A stretch of 32,000 nt of DNA from Idiomarina loihiensis L2TR (GCF_000008465.1 NC_006512.1:1140001-1172000), one strand, 5' to 3'. Counted from the first letter of the stretch, positions 21,444 to 29,905 are shown. Numbers and translations are program-made. Notes: a model not told the origin generated them from the letters alone.

Positions 21444-22769
21444 ATGTTTCTGAGTCAAGCACTGGACCAACTGCAGGAGTTTACGCCGGATGATTTTAGT
21501 AAACTACCGGATCTGCTGGAGCCTGAGTTAATCGAACAATGCCTTGAAGACGCGGGCGTTACAACGGTACGCAAACGCCGTTTGCCAATGGACTTTATGG
21601 TCTGGGCGGTCGTAGGAATGGCATTATTTCGGGAAATGCCGATGCGTCAGCTCGTTTCACACCTTGATTTAATGTTGCCCGGCAAAAGACCTTACGTTGC
21701 GCCGAGTGCCGTAGTTCAGGCTCGTCAGCGTTTGGGGGCTAATGTTATGAAGCGTATGTTTGAGCTCACTAATGAGCTGTGGTTCGATAAACTACCGCTT
21801 TCTCACTGGAATAATCTATCGGTTCTGGCTGTCGACGGCACCGTCTGGCGTACACCGGACACACCGGAGAATGATGCTTCCTATGGGCGAACGGCTAACC
21901 AGCGGGCTGAATCCGACTATCCTCAAATTCGGATGGTGAATCAAATGGAAGTAAGCAGCCATTTAGTCACCTCGACGGAGTTCGGCAGTATTGCAGAGGT
22001 TAGTGAAGTAGACCTGGCAGCCCGGCTGATTGAACAGACGCCGGACCACTCACTGACGCTGTTCGATAAAGGGTTTTATGCGCTGGGTTTACTGGATCAA
22101 TGGCATCGTGCCGGTGAGGAGCGCCATTGGCTTATTCCCCTCAGAAAAGGCGCACAATACTCTGTCAAGAAGTCTTTTAGCGACACGGACAAATTGGTAG
22201 AAATTAGGCTCTCACCACAAGCTAAGAAGAAGTGGGATAATGCACCGGACACTGTTCAGGCGCGTTTAGTGTGTAAGAAAATAGCTAAAAAAGAGGTTGC
22301 GATATTAACCTCAATGACAGACACGATGCGTTATCCTGAAGCCGATATCGTTGACTTATATGCTCATCGCTGGGAAATCGAGCAGGCTTACCGTGAAATG
22401 AAACAATATATGCTGAAGAGTGAGCTGACCCTGCGCAGCAAACGGCCTGACCTGGTTGAGCAGGAGTTGTGGGGCATGCTGGTCGCTTATAACTTATTGC
22501 GGTATATGATGGCGCAAATGGCCTATAGCCTGAAGCATATTGAGCCGAATCAAATAAGTTTCAAACAAGCCTCTCATTATCTGGTGGGGCAGTTACATAT
22601 ACTGGTACACATCTCACCCGGAAAAATACCCAAAGTCATGGAGCAAATGATGGAAATGGCCAGCGCATTCGTGCTGCCCGAAAGACGAGAGCGATATTAC
22701 CCTCGTTCAATAAAAAGGCGGCCGCAACGTTATCCGATGCGACCGCCTTCTAAACCGACAGCCAGTTAG
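21444..22769 (+). CDS. IS4-family DDE transposase
   Basis: 441 aa from ATG 21444 ([10 protein letters not shown]...), collinear with E. coli IS4 transposase as I recall it (MHIGQALDLV..., RKRRLP, MVWxVVGMAL, PSAVxQARQRLG). DDE contexts [12 protein letters not shown] and [10 protein letters not shown]-x2-R-x3-E-x6-K signature in [15 protein letters not shown]. The track's TTG-started extension (21384) runs through the hairpin and is probably not translated. Confidence 0.9.
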   Translation: MFLSQALDQLQEFTPDDFSKLPDLLEPELIEQCLEDAGVTTVRKRRLPMDFMVWAVVGMALFREMPMRQLVSHLDLMLPGKRPYVAPSAVVQARQRLGANVMKRMFELTNELWFDKLPLSHWNNLSVLAVDGTVWRTPDTPENDASYGRTANQRAESDYPQIRMVNQMEVSSHLVTSTEFGSIAEVSEVDLAARLIEQTPDHSLTLFDKGFYALGLLDQWHRAGEERHWLIPLRKGAQYSVKKSFSDTDKLVEIRLSPQAKKKWDNAPDTVQARLVCKKIAKKEVAILTSMTDTMRYPEADIVDLYAHRWEIEQAYREMKQYMLKSELTLRSKRPDLVEQELWGMLVAYNLLRYMMAQMAYSLKHIEPNQISFKQASHYLVGQLHILVHISPGKIPKVMEQMMEMASAFVLPERRERYYPRSIKRRPQRYPMRPPSKPTAS

Positions 22770-22787
22770 CTTAACTGACAAGCATTA

Positions 22788-22797
22788 TCCCGAAGGA
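22788..22797. repeat. Target-site duplication, right copy (tcccgaagga)
   Basis: See left copy. Removing the IS plus one copy yields aaaaggctcc-cgaa-ggagcctttt. Confidence 0.85.
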
Positions 22798-22807
22798 GCC
22801 TTTTAAA

Positions 22808-23839
22808 TCACTTTAAAGTCGCTGCAAATTCCAGCATTCGGTCTAGCGGCACCATGGCTTTTTTGCCCAGAGCTTCATCGACATGAATCTCATGTGTTTC
22901 TCCACCGTCCGTTAACGCTTCTTCTATCGCTTTTAAGCCGTTCATTGCCATCCAGGGGCAATGCGCACAACTGCGACACGTTGCGCCGTTACCCGCAGTG
23001 GGGGCTTCAATAAAGGTCTTATTCGGTTGCAGCTGCTGCATTTTATAAAAAATGCCTTTGTCGGTAGCCACTATGAAGGTTTCATTTGGCAATTCCTGAC
23101 TCGCCTTAATAAGCTGCGAGGTAGAACCGACCGCATCCGCCATCGCGACAATATTCTCCGGAGACTCCGGGTGCACGAGAATAGCCGCCTCGGGGTGAAG
23201 CTTTTTCATATCCTGCAGGGCTTTCGCTTTAAACTCATCATGCACGACGCAGGCGCCCTGCCACAACAACATATCAGCTCCGGTTTCCCGTGCAATATAA
23301 CCGCCTAAATGCTTATCTGGTGCCCAAAGAATTTTTTCTCCTTTTGCATCCAAATGGTCAACAAGCTCAAGCGCCATACTGGATGTCACTACCCAGTCTG
23401 CACGAGCTTTTACCGCTGCTGAAGTATTCGCATAAACGACAACTGTCCGGTCAGGATGTTGATCACAAAATTCAGCAAATTTTTCTGGTGGACAGCCAAG
23501 ATCAAGGGAACATTCGGCTTTCAATGTTGGCATCAACACTTCCTTATGAGGCGTAAGAATTTTAGCCGTCTCGCCCATAAAACGAACACCAGCTACAATC
23601 AGCTTCTTTGCCGGATGGTCGCGACCAAATCGAGCCATTTCTAAAGAATCGGCCACGCAGCCACCAGTTGCCTCGGCTAACGCCTGAATATCGGGGTCTG
23701 TGTAGTAGTGAGCCACCAATACAGCGTCTTCATCAATCAGAAGCTGCTTAATACGATTAATGGTTTCGGACTTCTCTTCCGCACTTAACGGTTTAGGCTT
23801 TGGCGGAAAAGTATAATCAAGGCTATCCAGAGTTTGAAT
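22808..23839 (-). CDS. nadA: Quinolinate synthase A; 5' end and start codon uncertain
   Basis: Collinear with E. coli NadA ([69 protein letters not shown]). The conserved N-terminal [16 protein letters not shown] lies upstream of the track's TTG (23719), so the gene must start further 5'. An in-frame TGA at 23846-23848 leaves only ATT (23839) or CTG (23830) as in-frame candidates. Confidence 0.85.
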   Translation of the reverse strand: MQTLDSLDYTFPPKPKPLSAEEKSETINRIKQLLIDEDAVLVAHYYTDPDIQALAEATGGCVADSLEMARFGRDHPAKKLIVAGVRFMGETAKILTPHKEVLMPTLKAECSLDLGCPPEKFAEFCDQHPDRTVVVYANTSAAVKARADWVVTSSMALELVDHLDAKGEKILWAPDKHLGGYIARETGADMLLWQGACVVHDEFKAKALQDMKKLHPEAAILVHPESPENIVAMADAVGSTSQLIKASQELPNETFIVATDKGIFYKMQQLQPNKTFIEAPTAGNGATCRSCAHCPWMAMNGLKAIEEALTDGGETHEIHVDEALGKKAMVPLDRMLEFAATLK

Positions 23840-23992
23840 CTCCGGTCATGATACTACGGCTTGTTTTCCAAGTGTTCTTAATAAGTGAGGACTATTATAG
23901 CGGAATTCAAGGGATGCTTATAGCTAAGTCAGTATCACTCTTAATTCATCAGTATGGTTTGAGTGGTTTTCTTAATGGGGTATTCAGTGAAG

Positions 23993-24068
23993 TGGTGGGT
24001 TGTGCAGGATTCGAACCTGCGACCAATTGATTAAAAGTCAACTGCTCTACCAACTGAGCTAACAACCC
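23993..24068 (-). tRNA. tRNA-Lys (anticodon UUU), 76 nt with encoded CCA
   Basis: Reverse complement reads GGGTTGTTAGCTCAGTTGGTAGAGCAGTTGACTTTTAATCAATTGGTCGCAGGTTCGAATCCTGCACAACCCACCA. Anticodon loop is CT-TTT-AA. Differs from E. coli tRNA-Lys only in the acceptor stem, as I recall. Confidence 0.95.
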
Positions 24069-24098
24069 ATATTCTGGTAAATATTTTTATCGGCGACG

Positions 24099-24174
24099 TG
24101 GTGGGTTGTGCAGGATTCGAACCTGCGACCAATTGATTAAAAGTCAACTGCTCTACCAACTGAGCTAACAACCC
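24099..24174 (-). tRNA. tRNA-Lys (anticodon UUU), second identical copy
   Basis: 76 of 76 identical to the copy at 23993-24068, separated from it by a 30-nt AT-rich spacer. Confidence 0.95.
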
Positions 24175-24217
24175 AACGCCAATAATATTGCCCGTTTCTG
24201 CTTGGCAACGGCGGCAT

Positions 24218-24245
24218 AGTTTACTGAAATAGTGCGCGTATGCAA
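24218..24245 (-). promoter_or_regulatory. Candidate stable-RNA promoter for the tRNA-Lys pair
   Basis: On the - strand: -35 TTGCAT (24245-24240), 16-nt spacer, -10 TAAACT (24223-24218), then a GC-rich discriminator atgccgccg. An A/T-rich UP-like tract (tttttttcaatttt) lies just upstream. About 37-nt leader to the tRNA 5' end. Confidence 0.4.
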
Positions 24246-24303
24246 CTGAAAATTGAAAAAAACTGTGCGACTGCTTAATTCACGAACACATGTTGCCCAG
24301 TTG

Positions 24304-25065
24304 TTACTGATTTAAGCGTTGTTTTGCCAAATTAGCTTCGGTACTTTCCGGGTATTCTTCAATCACTTGCTGGTAATAAGCTTTTGCATCTGCCGATTTA
24401 TCTTGCTCACTGGCGATAGCACCAAGCTTTAATAAACAATCACCACGTTTATTACTGTCTGGGTAATCATTAACGACAGTTTCAAACTGTTGCTTTGCCT
24501 GATCGTATTGACGTTTGGCAAAAAACAGCTGACCTAACCAGTAGTGAGCATTAGGAGAGTAAGTCGAGTTTGGAAAGTTCTTCAGAAAAGACTCAAATGC
24601 GGGTATAGCTTCATCATAACGCTTATCCTCAAGGACTAAAGCTATCGCCTTGTCATAAGCATCATTCTCGCTAAGGTTTGGAGAATAGCTGCTATTGTCT
24701 GTTTGTGTCGGTACCTGCTCAAGGCTATTGTAATCGTTGCCGGCAGTTTCACTCTGGTTATTGCTCGACTTCAAATTACTGAAGCGACGATCAATTTCCT
24801 GATACAGCTCGCGCTGGCGTTGCAACAATTGCTCCAGACGGTACTCGTGCTCTTCCGTTATGCCCCTTAATTCAGCAACATCTTGCTGCAAAGAACCTAA
24901 CTGATTAAGCATTTCAAGCTGAGCACTGGAACGGGCTTCGAGCATGCGCTCGATTTGTTCCAGTCGTTGCTCAACACCGCCTGAAGACGACAGTCCAGAA
25001 ACAGGTGCCTGGGCCATAACAGCCCCAGGCACACACAAACATACAGCTAACAGCGTTTTTCTCAT
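24304..25065 (-). CDS. cpoB: Tol-Pal system cell-division coordinator CpoB (YbgF)
   Basis: 253 aa. Signal peptide MRKTLLAVCLCVPGAVMAQA, an N-terminal coiled coil, and a C-terminal TPR region (YDKAIALVLEDKRYDEAI...HYWLGQLFF...). Positioned directly after pal. Confidence 0.9.
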   Translation of the reverse strand: MRKTLLAVCLCVPGAVMAQAPVSGLSSSGGVEQRLEQIERMLEARSSAQLEMLNQLGSLQQDVAELRGITEEHEYRLEQLLQRQRELYQEIDRRFSNLKSSNNQSETAGNDYNSLEQVPTQTDNSSYSPNLSENDAYDKAIALVLEDKRYDEAIPAFESFLKNFPNSTYSPNAHYWLGQLFFAKRQYDQAKQQFETVVNDYPDSNKRGDCLLKLGAIASEQDKSADAKAYYQQVIEEYPESTEANLAKQRLNQ

Positions 25066-25085
25066 TACTATCCGTTACTTTTAAA

Positions 25086-25622
25086 TTAGTAAACTAAAAC
25101 AGCGCGACGGTTTTTCGCGTATGCGCGTTCGTTTGAACCATTTACCATTGGTTTTTCTTCGCCATATGAAACAGTCGAGGTTTGAGAATCCTGAACACCC
25201 AAGTTGTGCAAGTAGCTCTCAACTGCTTTAGCACGTCTCTCACCTAACGCGATGTTATACTCAGGCGTGCCGCGCTCGTCGGTATGACCTTCAATAACCA
25301 CTTTCACAGACGGGTTTTTGACTAGGTAATCAGCGTGCGCCGACAACAGGTCGGTGTACTCTGACTGAACGTTAGATTTGTCAAAAGCGAAGTAAACGAT
25401 GTGTTCTTTACGTAACGCTTCCATTTTTTGCTGACGTTCTTCTTCCATTCTTTGTGCGCGGTCTGCTGCACCAACTTCAACACCAGAGTCTTGCTCAGCT
25501 TGTTGATTGATTTCCTGACCTGCGCCCATACCTGAATCAGTTTCCTGGTTTGAGCTACAAGCGGCCAGAGTTGCCATTGGTACAACGATTGCCAGAGCTT
25601 TTAAAAGTTTATTAAGCTGCAT
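25086..25622 (-). CDS. pal: Peptidoglycan-associated lipoprotein Pal
   Basis: Start taken at ATG 25622 (MQLNKLLKALAIVVPMATLAACSS, with lipobox LAAC). OmpA-like C-terminal domain (VYFAFDKS...GHTDERGTPEYNIALGERRA...NRRAVLVY). The track's upstream extension to 25694 overlaps tolB. Confidence 0.93.
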   Translation of the reverse strand: MQLNKLLKALAIVVPMATLAACSSNQETDSGMGAGQEINQQAEQDSGVEVGAADRAQRMEEERQQKMEALRKEHIVYFAFDKSNVQSEYTDLLSAHADYLVKNPSVKVVIEGHTDERGTPEYNIALGERRAKAVESYLHNLGVQDSQTSTVSYGEEKPMVNGSNERAYAKNRRAVLVY

Positions 25623-25675
25623 CCTTTTCGTCCTTATCGTTTTTATCGAACAATTCAACCATTCAGGCTTTTGTT

Positions 25676-27025
25676 TTACATAAATGGCGACCAAGCCGGT
25701 GACTTAATTTCACCATCGGTAGCCGGTAATCGTGCTTTAAAACGCCCATCGATAGAAACCAAAGCCAGTACTTGTTTATTATTATGCGTTGTACTGTAAA
25801 TAACCATACTGCCATTTGGTGCCACACTTGGTGACTCATCTAAAGACGTTTTCGTTAAAACTTGCATGTTTCCACGCGGAAACTCTTGCTTAGCGATATG
25901 ATAGTTACCACGTGTCCGGTTCACTAAAATCATATCTTCGCCGGACGGCACTAAGGTACCACCTAAATTCTGCTCACCATCAAAGGTTAACCGACGAACC
26001 TGACCTGATGATAAATTTACGCTATATAGTTGCGGTCTGCCACCTCTTTCTGAGGTAAACACTAAAGATTCACCATCTGGCGTCCAGTTAGGCTCTGTAT
26101 CAATCGTACGATTACGAGTAACACGTTGCAAGTCCTTAGTTTTAATATCAAACACATAAAGCTCAGGATTTCCATCCTTAGATAAAACCATAGCTAACTT
26201 TTTGCCATCTGGCGAGAAAACAGGGTTACCGTTTATCCCGGGGAACGACGTCAGCTTCTCGCGGCGGGTGGTATAAATATCCTGCATGAATATTTCTGCT
26301 GTTTTATTCTCGAAACTAACGTAAGCCAGTTTATTACCGTCAGGAGACCAGGCCGGAGACATCAACGGCTCGGGTGAACGTAGCAGTATTTTCTCGTTCG
26401 CACCGTCATAATCTGCAACCGCCAGTTTGTATGGATAGCGATCATCGTGGTTTACCGTGACATAAGCGATTTTTGTCATGAAAGCACCACGTTCGCCCGT
26501 TAACGCTTCGTAAGCAACATCTGAAATTCGATGTGCATAAGAGCGAAATTGATCACCATCAATAACGCTGGAGCGAGAATCAAGAACATGATCGTTACTC
26601 TGCACCAACTCGCCATTGCGTAACATCTGCGAATTACCGCCGGTAATTTGTCCCCGGAGTACATCAATAACTTCAAACTTAACCATGTAACGGTCAACTG
26701 AATACGGTTCTATTGAACCGACTAAAATAGCTTCTACGCCCATCTTAGCCCAAGCTGAGTAATCTATCTCGTCATCGGCAGCCGGGCGTTGTGGCATTGC
26801 ACTTACAGGAATCGGATTAAATTTACCACTACGCATAAGGTCCGCAGCAATAACATCGGTAAGCTCGTTTGGTGCCTTTCCTTCACCTTTCCACTGAAAA
26901 GGCACAACCGCAATCGGCCGCGCCGTATCAATACCTTCCGTGATGACGATTTCCAGTACCCCTGCACGCACAAAAGCGGTTAGCGCAACAAAGAGTAAAA
27001 TGCTTCTAATTAATATATTTTTCAT
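25676..27025 (-). CDS. tolB: Tol-Pal system beta-propeller protein TolB
   Basis: 449 aa. Signal peptide, then repeated propeller blades with P.WSPDG / P.FSPDG motifs ([44 protein letters not shown]). Confidence 0.95.
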   Translation of the reverse strand: MKNILIRSILLFVALTAFVRAGVLEIVITEGIDTARPIAVVPFQWKGEGKAPNELTDVIAADLMRSGKFNPIPVSAMPQRPAADDEIDYSAWAKMGVEAILVGSIEPYSVDRYMVKFEVIDVLRGQITGGNSQMLRNGELVQSNDHVLDSRSSVIDGDQFRSYAHRISDVAYEALTGERGAFMTKIAYVTVNHDDRYPYKLAVADYDGANEKILLRSPEPLMSPAWSPDGNKLAYVSFENKTAEIFMQDIYTTRREKLTSFPGINGNPVFSPDGKKLAMVLSKDGNPELYVFDIKTKDLQRVTRNRTIDTEPNWTPDGESLVFTSERGGRPQLYSVNLSSGQVRRLTFDGEQNLGGTLVPSGEDMILVNRTRGNYHIAKQEFPRGNMQVLTKTSLDESPSVAPNGSMVIYSTTHNNKQVLALVSIDGRFKARLPATDGEIKSPAWSPFM

Positions 27026-27036
27026 CGGTCACCTTG

Positions 27037-27954
27037 TTACAACTGCGGTTTTACAGTCAATTTAATTGTACTCATTTGTTCATAAATTTCCGGATCTTCA
27101 GAAACCGGCAGCGTTGTAGCTTTTAATACGGCATTTTGTGCAGAACGACAAACGTTCGCATCGCCACTGCCCGTATCAACTGACTTAACGAATCCGCTAG
27201 GAGCTACTCTTATGGTTAACTCACATGACTTACCCTGCATTGAGTCATCAACATTCCAGTTTCGCTGAATAGTCTGCTGAATGAGCGCCTGATACTTTTC
27301 AACTTCACTCAGTACTTGCTGACGACGAGCAGCTTGTCGACGCGCCCGCTCTTCTTCCATTTCTTTTTGCAACTGAGCCTCACGTTCAGCCGCTTCACGC
27401 TGTTCTTGTTCACGTTTACGCTGCTCCTCGAGACGCTTACGACGTTCTTCTTCAGCCCGACGTTCAGCTTCTTCTGCTTCGCGTTTACGCCGCTCGGCTT
27501 CTTTCGCCGCAGCCTCAGCTTTGGCACGCTCCTGCGCCAGGCGTTCAGCTTCTTTCCTTTCTCGCTCTGCCTGTTTCCGTGCTTCCGCAGCTTCTTGTTT
27601 CTCTAGTTCCTGTTGACGCTCTATTTCTTTTTTACGTTGTTCTTCTCTTTCGCGTGCTTTACGCGCTTCCTCAGCACGCCGCTCAAGTCTCTCAATACGG
27701 CGTTGTTCAGCCGCCTCTTGCTCCGCTTTTTGCTGGCGAATTTTATCTGCCTGTTGTTGAACTTTGGATTTATCAACTGTGACTGCGCTAACAATCTCTT
27801 CTGACATATCCAGCTCGCTTTGATCTAAATTGACTTCCATCGCCTCCGGCGTCGAGGGAGTAAACTCAAAGCTAAATAACAACACACCCGCGATTGTAGC
27901 GTGTATAACAATCGAATATATCAGCGGTAAGGTTAAGCTATCTGATTTTGCCAC
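27037..27954 (-). CDS. tolA: Tol-Pal system protein TolA
   Basis: 305 aa. N-terminal TM LIYSIVIHATIAGVLLFSF, a long Glu/Lys/Arg/Ala-rich helical domain II, and a globular C-terminal domain. Positioned between tolR and tolB. Confidence 0.9.
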   Translation of the reverse strand: MAKSDSLTLPLIYSIVIHATIAGVLLFSFEFTPSTPEAMEVNLDQSELDMSEEIVSAVTVDKSKVQQQADKIRQQKAEQEAAEQRRIERLERRAEEARKAREREEQRKKEIERQQELEKQEAAEARKQAERERKEAERLAQERAKAEAAAKEAERRKREAEEAERRAEEERRKRLEEQRKREQEQREAAEREAQLQKEMEEERARRQAARRQQVLSEVEKYQALIQQTIQRNWNVDDSMQGKSCELTIRVAPSGFVKSVDTGSGDANVCRSAQNAVLKATTLPVSEDPEIYEQMSTIKLTVKPQL

Positions 27955-27956
27955 AA

Positions 27957-28385
27957 CTAATTATCCGACGAATCTGTCATTAAACCGACTGACGGCACAC
28001 CCGCTCTTTGCAGTAACACCATCAGTTGCACAATTTGATTATAAGATACGGCACCATCACCATTGACCATAACCGGAGTATCAGGTTCAACCTGCAAATG
28101 AGCGGCAACCAAAGTTGCAAGTTCATCTGCCTGCATCGGCGTATCCTGGGAGTCACCCTGATTTAAATAATAGCGACCTTCAGCATCAACCGACGCCACT
28201 AAAGGCGGTTTACTCTCTTCAGAGAGAGGTTCGGCGGTTGCTTTCGGTAAATCAACTTTAACGCCCTGAGTAATCAAAGGGGCTGTTACCATAAAGATGA
28301 TCAGCAGAACCAGCATCACGTCGATGTAAGGTACTACGTTAATTTCCGCAACCGGCTTACGACGCTTGCGCGGCATTACCATCAT
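27957..28385 (-). CDS. tolR: Tol-Pal system protein TolR (ExbD/TolR family)
   Basis: 142 aa. Contains RKRRKPVAEINVVPYIDVMLVLLIIFMV. Its ATG overlaps the tolQ TGA (ATGA at 28385-28382). Confidence 0.93.
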   Translation of the reverse strand: MMVMPRKRRKPVAEINVVPYIDVMLVLLIIFMVTAPLITQGVKVDLPKATAEPLSEESKPPLVASVDAEGRYYLNQGDSQDTPMQADELATLVAAHLQVEPDTPVMVNGDGAVSYNQIVQLMVLLQRAGVPSVGLMTDSSDN

Positions 28386-29092
28386 ACCGTTTCGCCCTCT
28401 ACTTTACTTTTGCCTGCCTGAGCCGAAGACTGCCGCTGTAAAATTGAGATGAATTCATCAATAAAGTTCATGTACTGATTATCAACTTTTTCCACACTAG
28501 TGGTAAATCGGTTGTAAGCAATAACGGCCGGTATCGCGGCAAAAAGACCCATCGCAGTTGCAATCAAAGCTTCGGCGATACCCGGTGCAACCATGGCCAG
28601 CGTAGCCTGTTGCACGGCACCTAAAGCGATAAAGGCGTTCATAATTCCCCATACCGTTCCAAACAAACCAATATAGGGGCTTATAGAACCAATAGTTGCC
28701 AGAATACCTAAGTTATTATCCAGCTTTTCGGTTTCTCGGGCGTGAGCTACGCGCATGGCACGAAACGCACCTTCAAGCATTGTCTGCGTATTTGTTGTTG
28801 AGTGGTTGCGCAGCCGAGCGTACTCTTTAAAGCCCGCGTGAAACAGTAACTCCATTCCTCGTGCATTTTTAGCACGAGCCGAGATTTCCTGATAAAGGCG
28901 TGCAAGATCGACGCCTGACCAGAATCTATCTTCAAACTTTAGCGCGTCATTTCGAGCCTGCTTCAACACTTTCTTGCGCTGAAAAATTAACACCCAGCCC
29001 CATACCGACATCGCCAGTAACATAACCATCACCAGCTTGACTAATAAACTGGCTTGCATGAATAAATCAATAAACGATAGTTCTGCTTCCAC
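28382..29092 (-). CDS. tolQ: Tol-Pal system protein TolQ (MotA/TolQ/ExbB channel family)
   Basis: 236 aa, three TM segments. Conserved LATIGSISPYIGLFGTVWGIMNAF and APGIAEALIATAMGLFAAIPAVIAYN. Confidence 0.95.
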   Translation of the reverse strand: MEAELSFIDLFMQASLLVKLVMVMLLAMSVWGWVLIFQRKKVLKQARNDALKFEDRFWSGVDLARLYQEISARAKNARGMELLFHAGFKEYARLRNHSTTNTQTMLEGAFRAMRVAHARETEKLDNNLGILATIGSISPYIGLFGTVWGIMNAFIALGAVQQATLAMVAPGIAEALIATAMGLFAAIPAVIAYNRFTTSVEKVDNQYMNFIDEFISILQRQSSAQAGKSKVEGETV

Positions 29093-29095
29093 GCT

Positions 29096-29512
29096 TTAAA
29101 CCCCTGACTGAATACGCGATATTATCGGTTCCGGAATAGCAACAGCTTTCATCGCCTGATTATCAACACAGGCTGCTAAAACAGTTGCCTGACAATGCAC
29201 GCTGCCATCCTTCGCCAAAACTTGTTGTTCGAAAACCAAAGAGGCTTTCTTAATCTTTGTTACTTTAACAGTGACCATTAATTCAGCATTAAACTTAGCC
29301 GCCTGCCGTAAATCCAGTTCTACCTTGCGAACCACAAAGGCTATATTGTGAGCTAACCAGGTATCCTGTTCAATCCCTAATGATCGTAACCACTCTGTTC
29401 GAGCTCTTTCAATGAACTTGAGATAATTAGCATAATAAACGATACCACCTGCATCCGTGTCTTCGTAGTAAACCCGGATAGGCCATTCAAATTCATAATG
29501 AGACATTACCAC
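29096..29512 (-). CDS. ybgC: Tol-Pal-associated acyl-CoA thioesterase (4HBT hot-dog fold)
   Basis: 138 aa. WPIRVYYEDTDAGGIVYYANYLKFIERARTEWLR matches the E. coli YbgC N-terminus. Lies 3 nt upstream of tolQ. Confidence 0.9.
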   Translation of the reverse strand: MVMSHYEFEWPIRVYYEDTDAGGIVYYANYLKFIERARTEWLRSLGIEQDTWLAHNIAFVVRKVELDLRQAAKFNAELMVTVKVTKIKKASLVFEQQVLAKDGSVHCQATVLAACVDNQAMKAVAIPEPIISRIQSGV

Positions 29513-29749
29513 CTCAAGTAAAGTTCCGAAAAGTTACCTTTGTGTAATATTTTGTAAAGAAGCCCCTAAAACCATAACTGGTTACTTTGTCAGCAGACTT
29601 TTTTTTATAACAGAATGAAAAGAACAAAATATCAACACCATGATTTTTAAGATATTTTCTTTTTTGTTACAAATATGTTGCGCTTTTTTTGAACAAATAA
29701 TACAACTTCCGGATTAGTTATTGTAATGCGAACATCTAATTTTTCTTGT

Positions 29750-29777
29750 TTGATCAGAATCAGATTAACTTTATAAT
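29750..29777 (+). promoter_or_regulatory. Candidate sigma70 promoter on the + strand inside the ruvB/ybgC spacer
   Basis: -35 TTGATC (29750-29755), 16-nt spacer, perfect -10 TATAAT (29772-29777). The region is AT-rich, so chance matches are possible. Confidence 0.35.
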
Positions 29778-29783
29778 ACTCAG

Positions 29784-29905
29784 CATATCAAAGACGAAGA
29801 GATTGGTTGTCACTTTTTCTGAGATTGTTTATTCAGTAATAGTTCCCTGGATTTAACTTCCTTCTTGTTGTTCTGTTTGCCCGCACATTGTGCGGGCTTT
29901 TTTTT
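29784..29905 (+). ncRNA. Candidate small RNA (about 120 nt), antisense in direction to both flanking operons
   Basis: Bounded by the promoter above and the + strand-oriented intrinsic terminator at 29879-29905. Contains a C/U-rich tract cttccttcttgttgttctgttt just 5' of the terminator. I saw no ATG-initiated ORF within it. Confidence 0.3.
29879..29905 (+). terminator. Intrinsic terminator oriented for + strand transcription (8-bp GC stem, T8)
   Basis: gcccgcac (29879-29886) / gtgcgggc (29890-29897) with loop att, followed by tttttttt (29898-29905). On the - strand, downstream of ruvB, the same hairpin is followed by aaacagaac, with no U-tract. Confidence 0.7.

Larger units (their letters stand above)
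21348..22787 (+). mobile_element. IS4-family insertion sequence (IS4 subgroup), 1440 bp, apparently intact
   Basis: IRL taatgccgatcagttaag (21348-21365) against the reverse complement of IRR taatgcttgtcagttaag (22770-22787) matches at 15 of 18 positions. Flanked by the 10-bp direct repeat. A single transposase ORF fills the element and ends 1 nt before the IRR. E. coli IS4 is about 1.4 kb with very similar ends, as I recall. Confidence 0.9.

Noticed and set aside
23800-24030. 76-aa + strand ORF spanning the nadA upstream region and running into tRNA-Lys.
   Set aside because: Its 3' end overlaps the tRNA-Lys gene on the opposite strand and its 5' end overlaps the nadA coding frame. It has no motifs and is most likely spurious.
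25623-25694. 24-aa N-terminal extension of pal in the ORF track.
   Set aside because: It overlaps the tolB 3' end and precedes a canonical lipoprotein signal peptide that starts at the internal Met (ATG 25622, lipobox LAAC), with AAGGA/AAAGG upstream.
27309-27804. Cluster of ORFs in other frames and strands (27309-27527, 27316-27606, 27579-27782, 27613-27804), plus apparent repetitiveness inside tolA.
   Set aside because: The purine-rich Glu/Lys/Arg/Ala-coding region of TolA domain II keeps several frames open and looks repetitive. It is low-complexity coding sequence, not a tandem repeat array, CRISPR or overlapping gene.
29615-29650. 11-codon + strand mini-ORF (MKRTKYQHHDF) in the ruvB/ybgC spacer.
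   Set aside because: No Shine-Dalgarno upstream (ttttataacaga precedes the ATG). It lies upstream of the candidate promoter, and short ORFs are expected by chance in AT-rich DNA.
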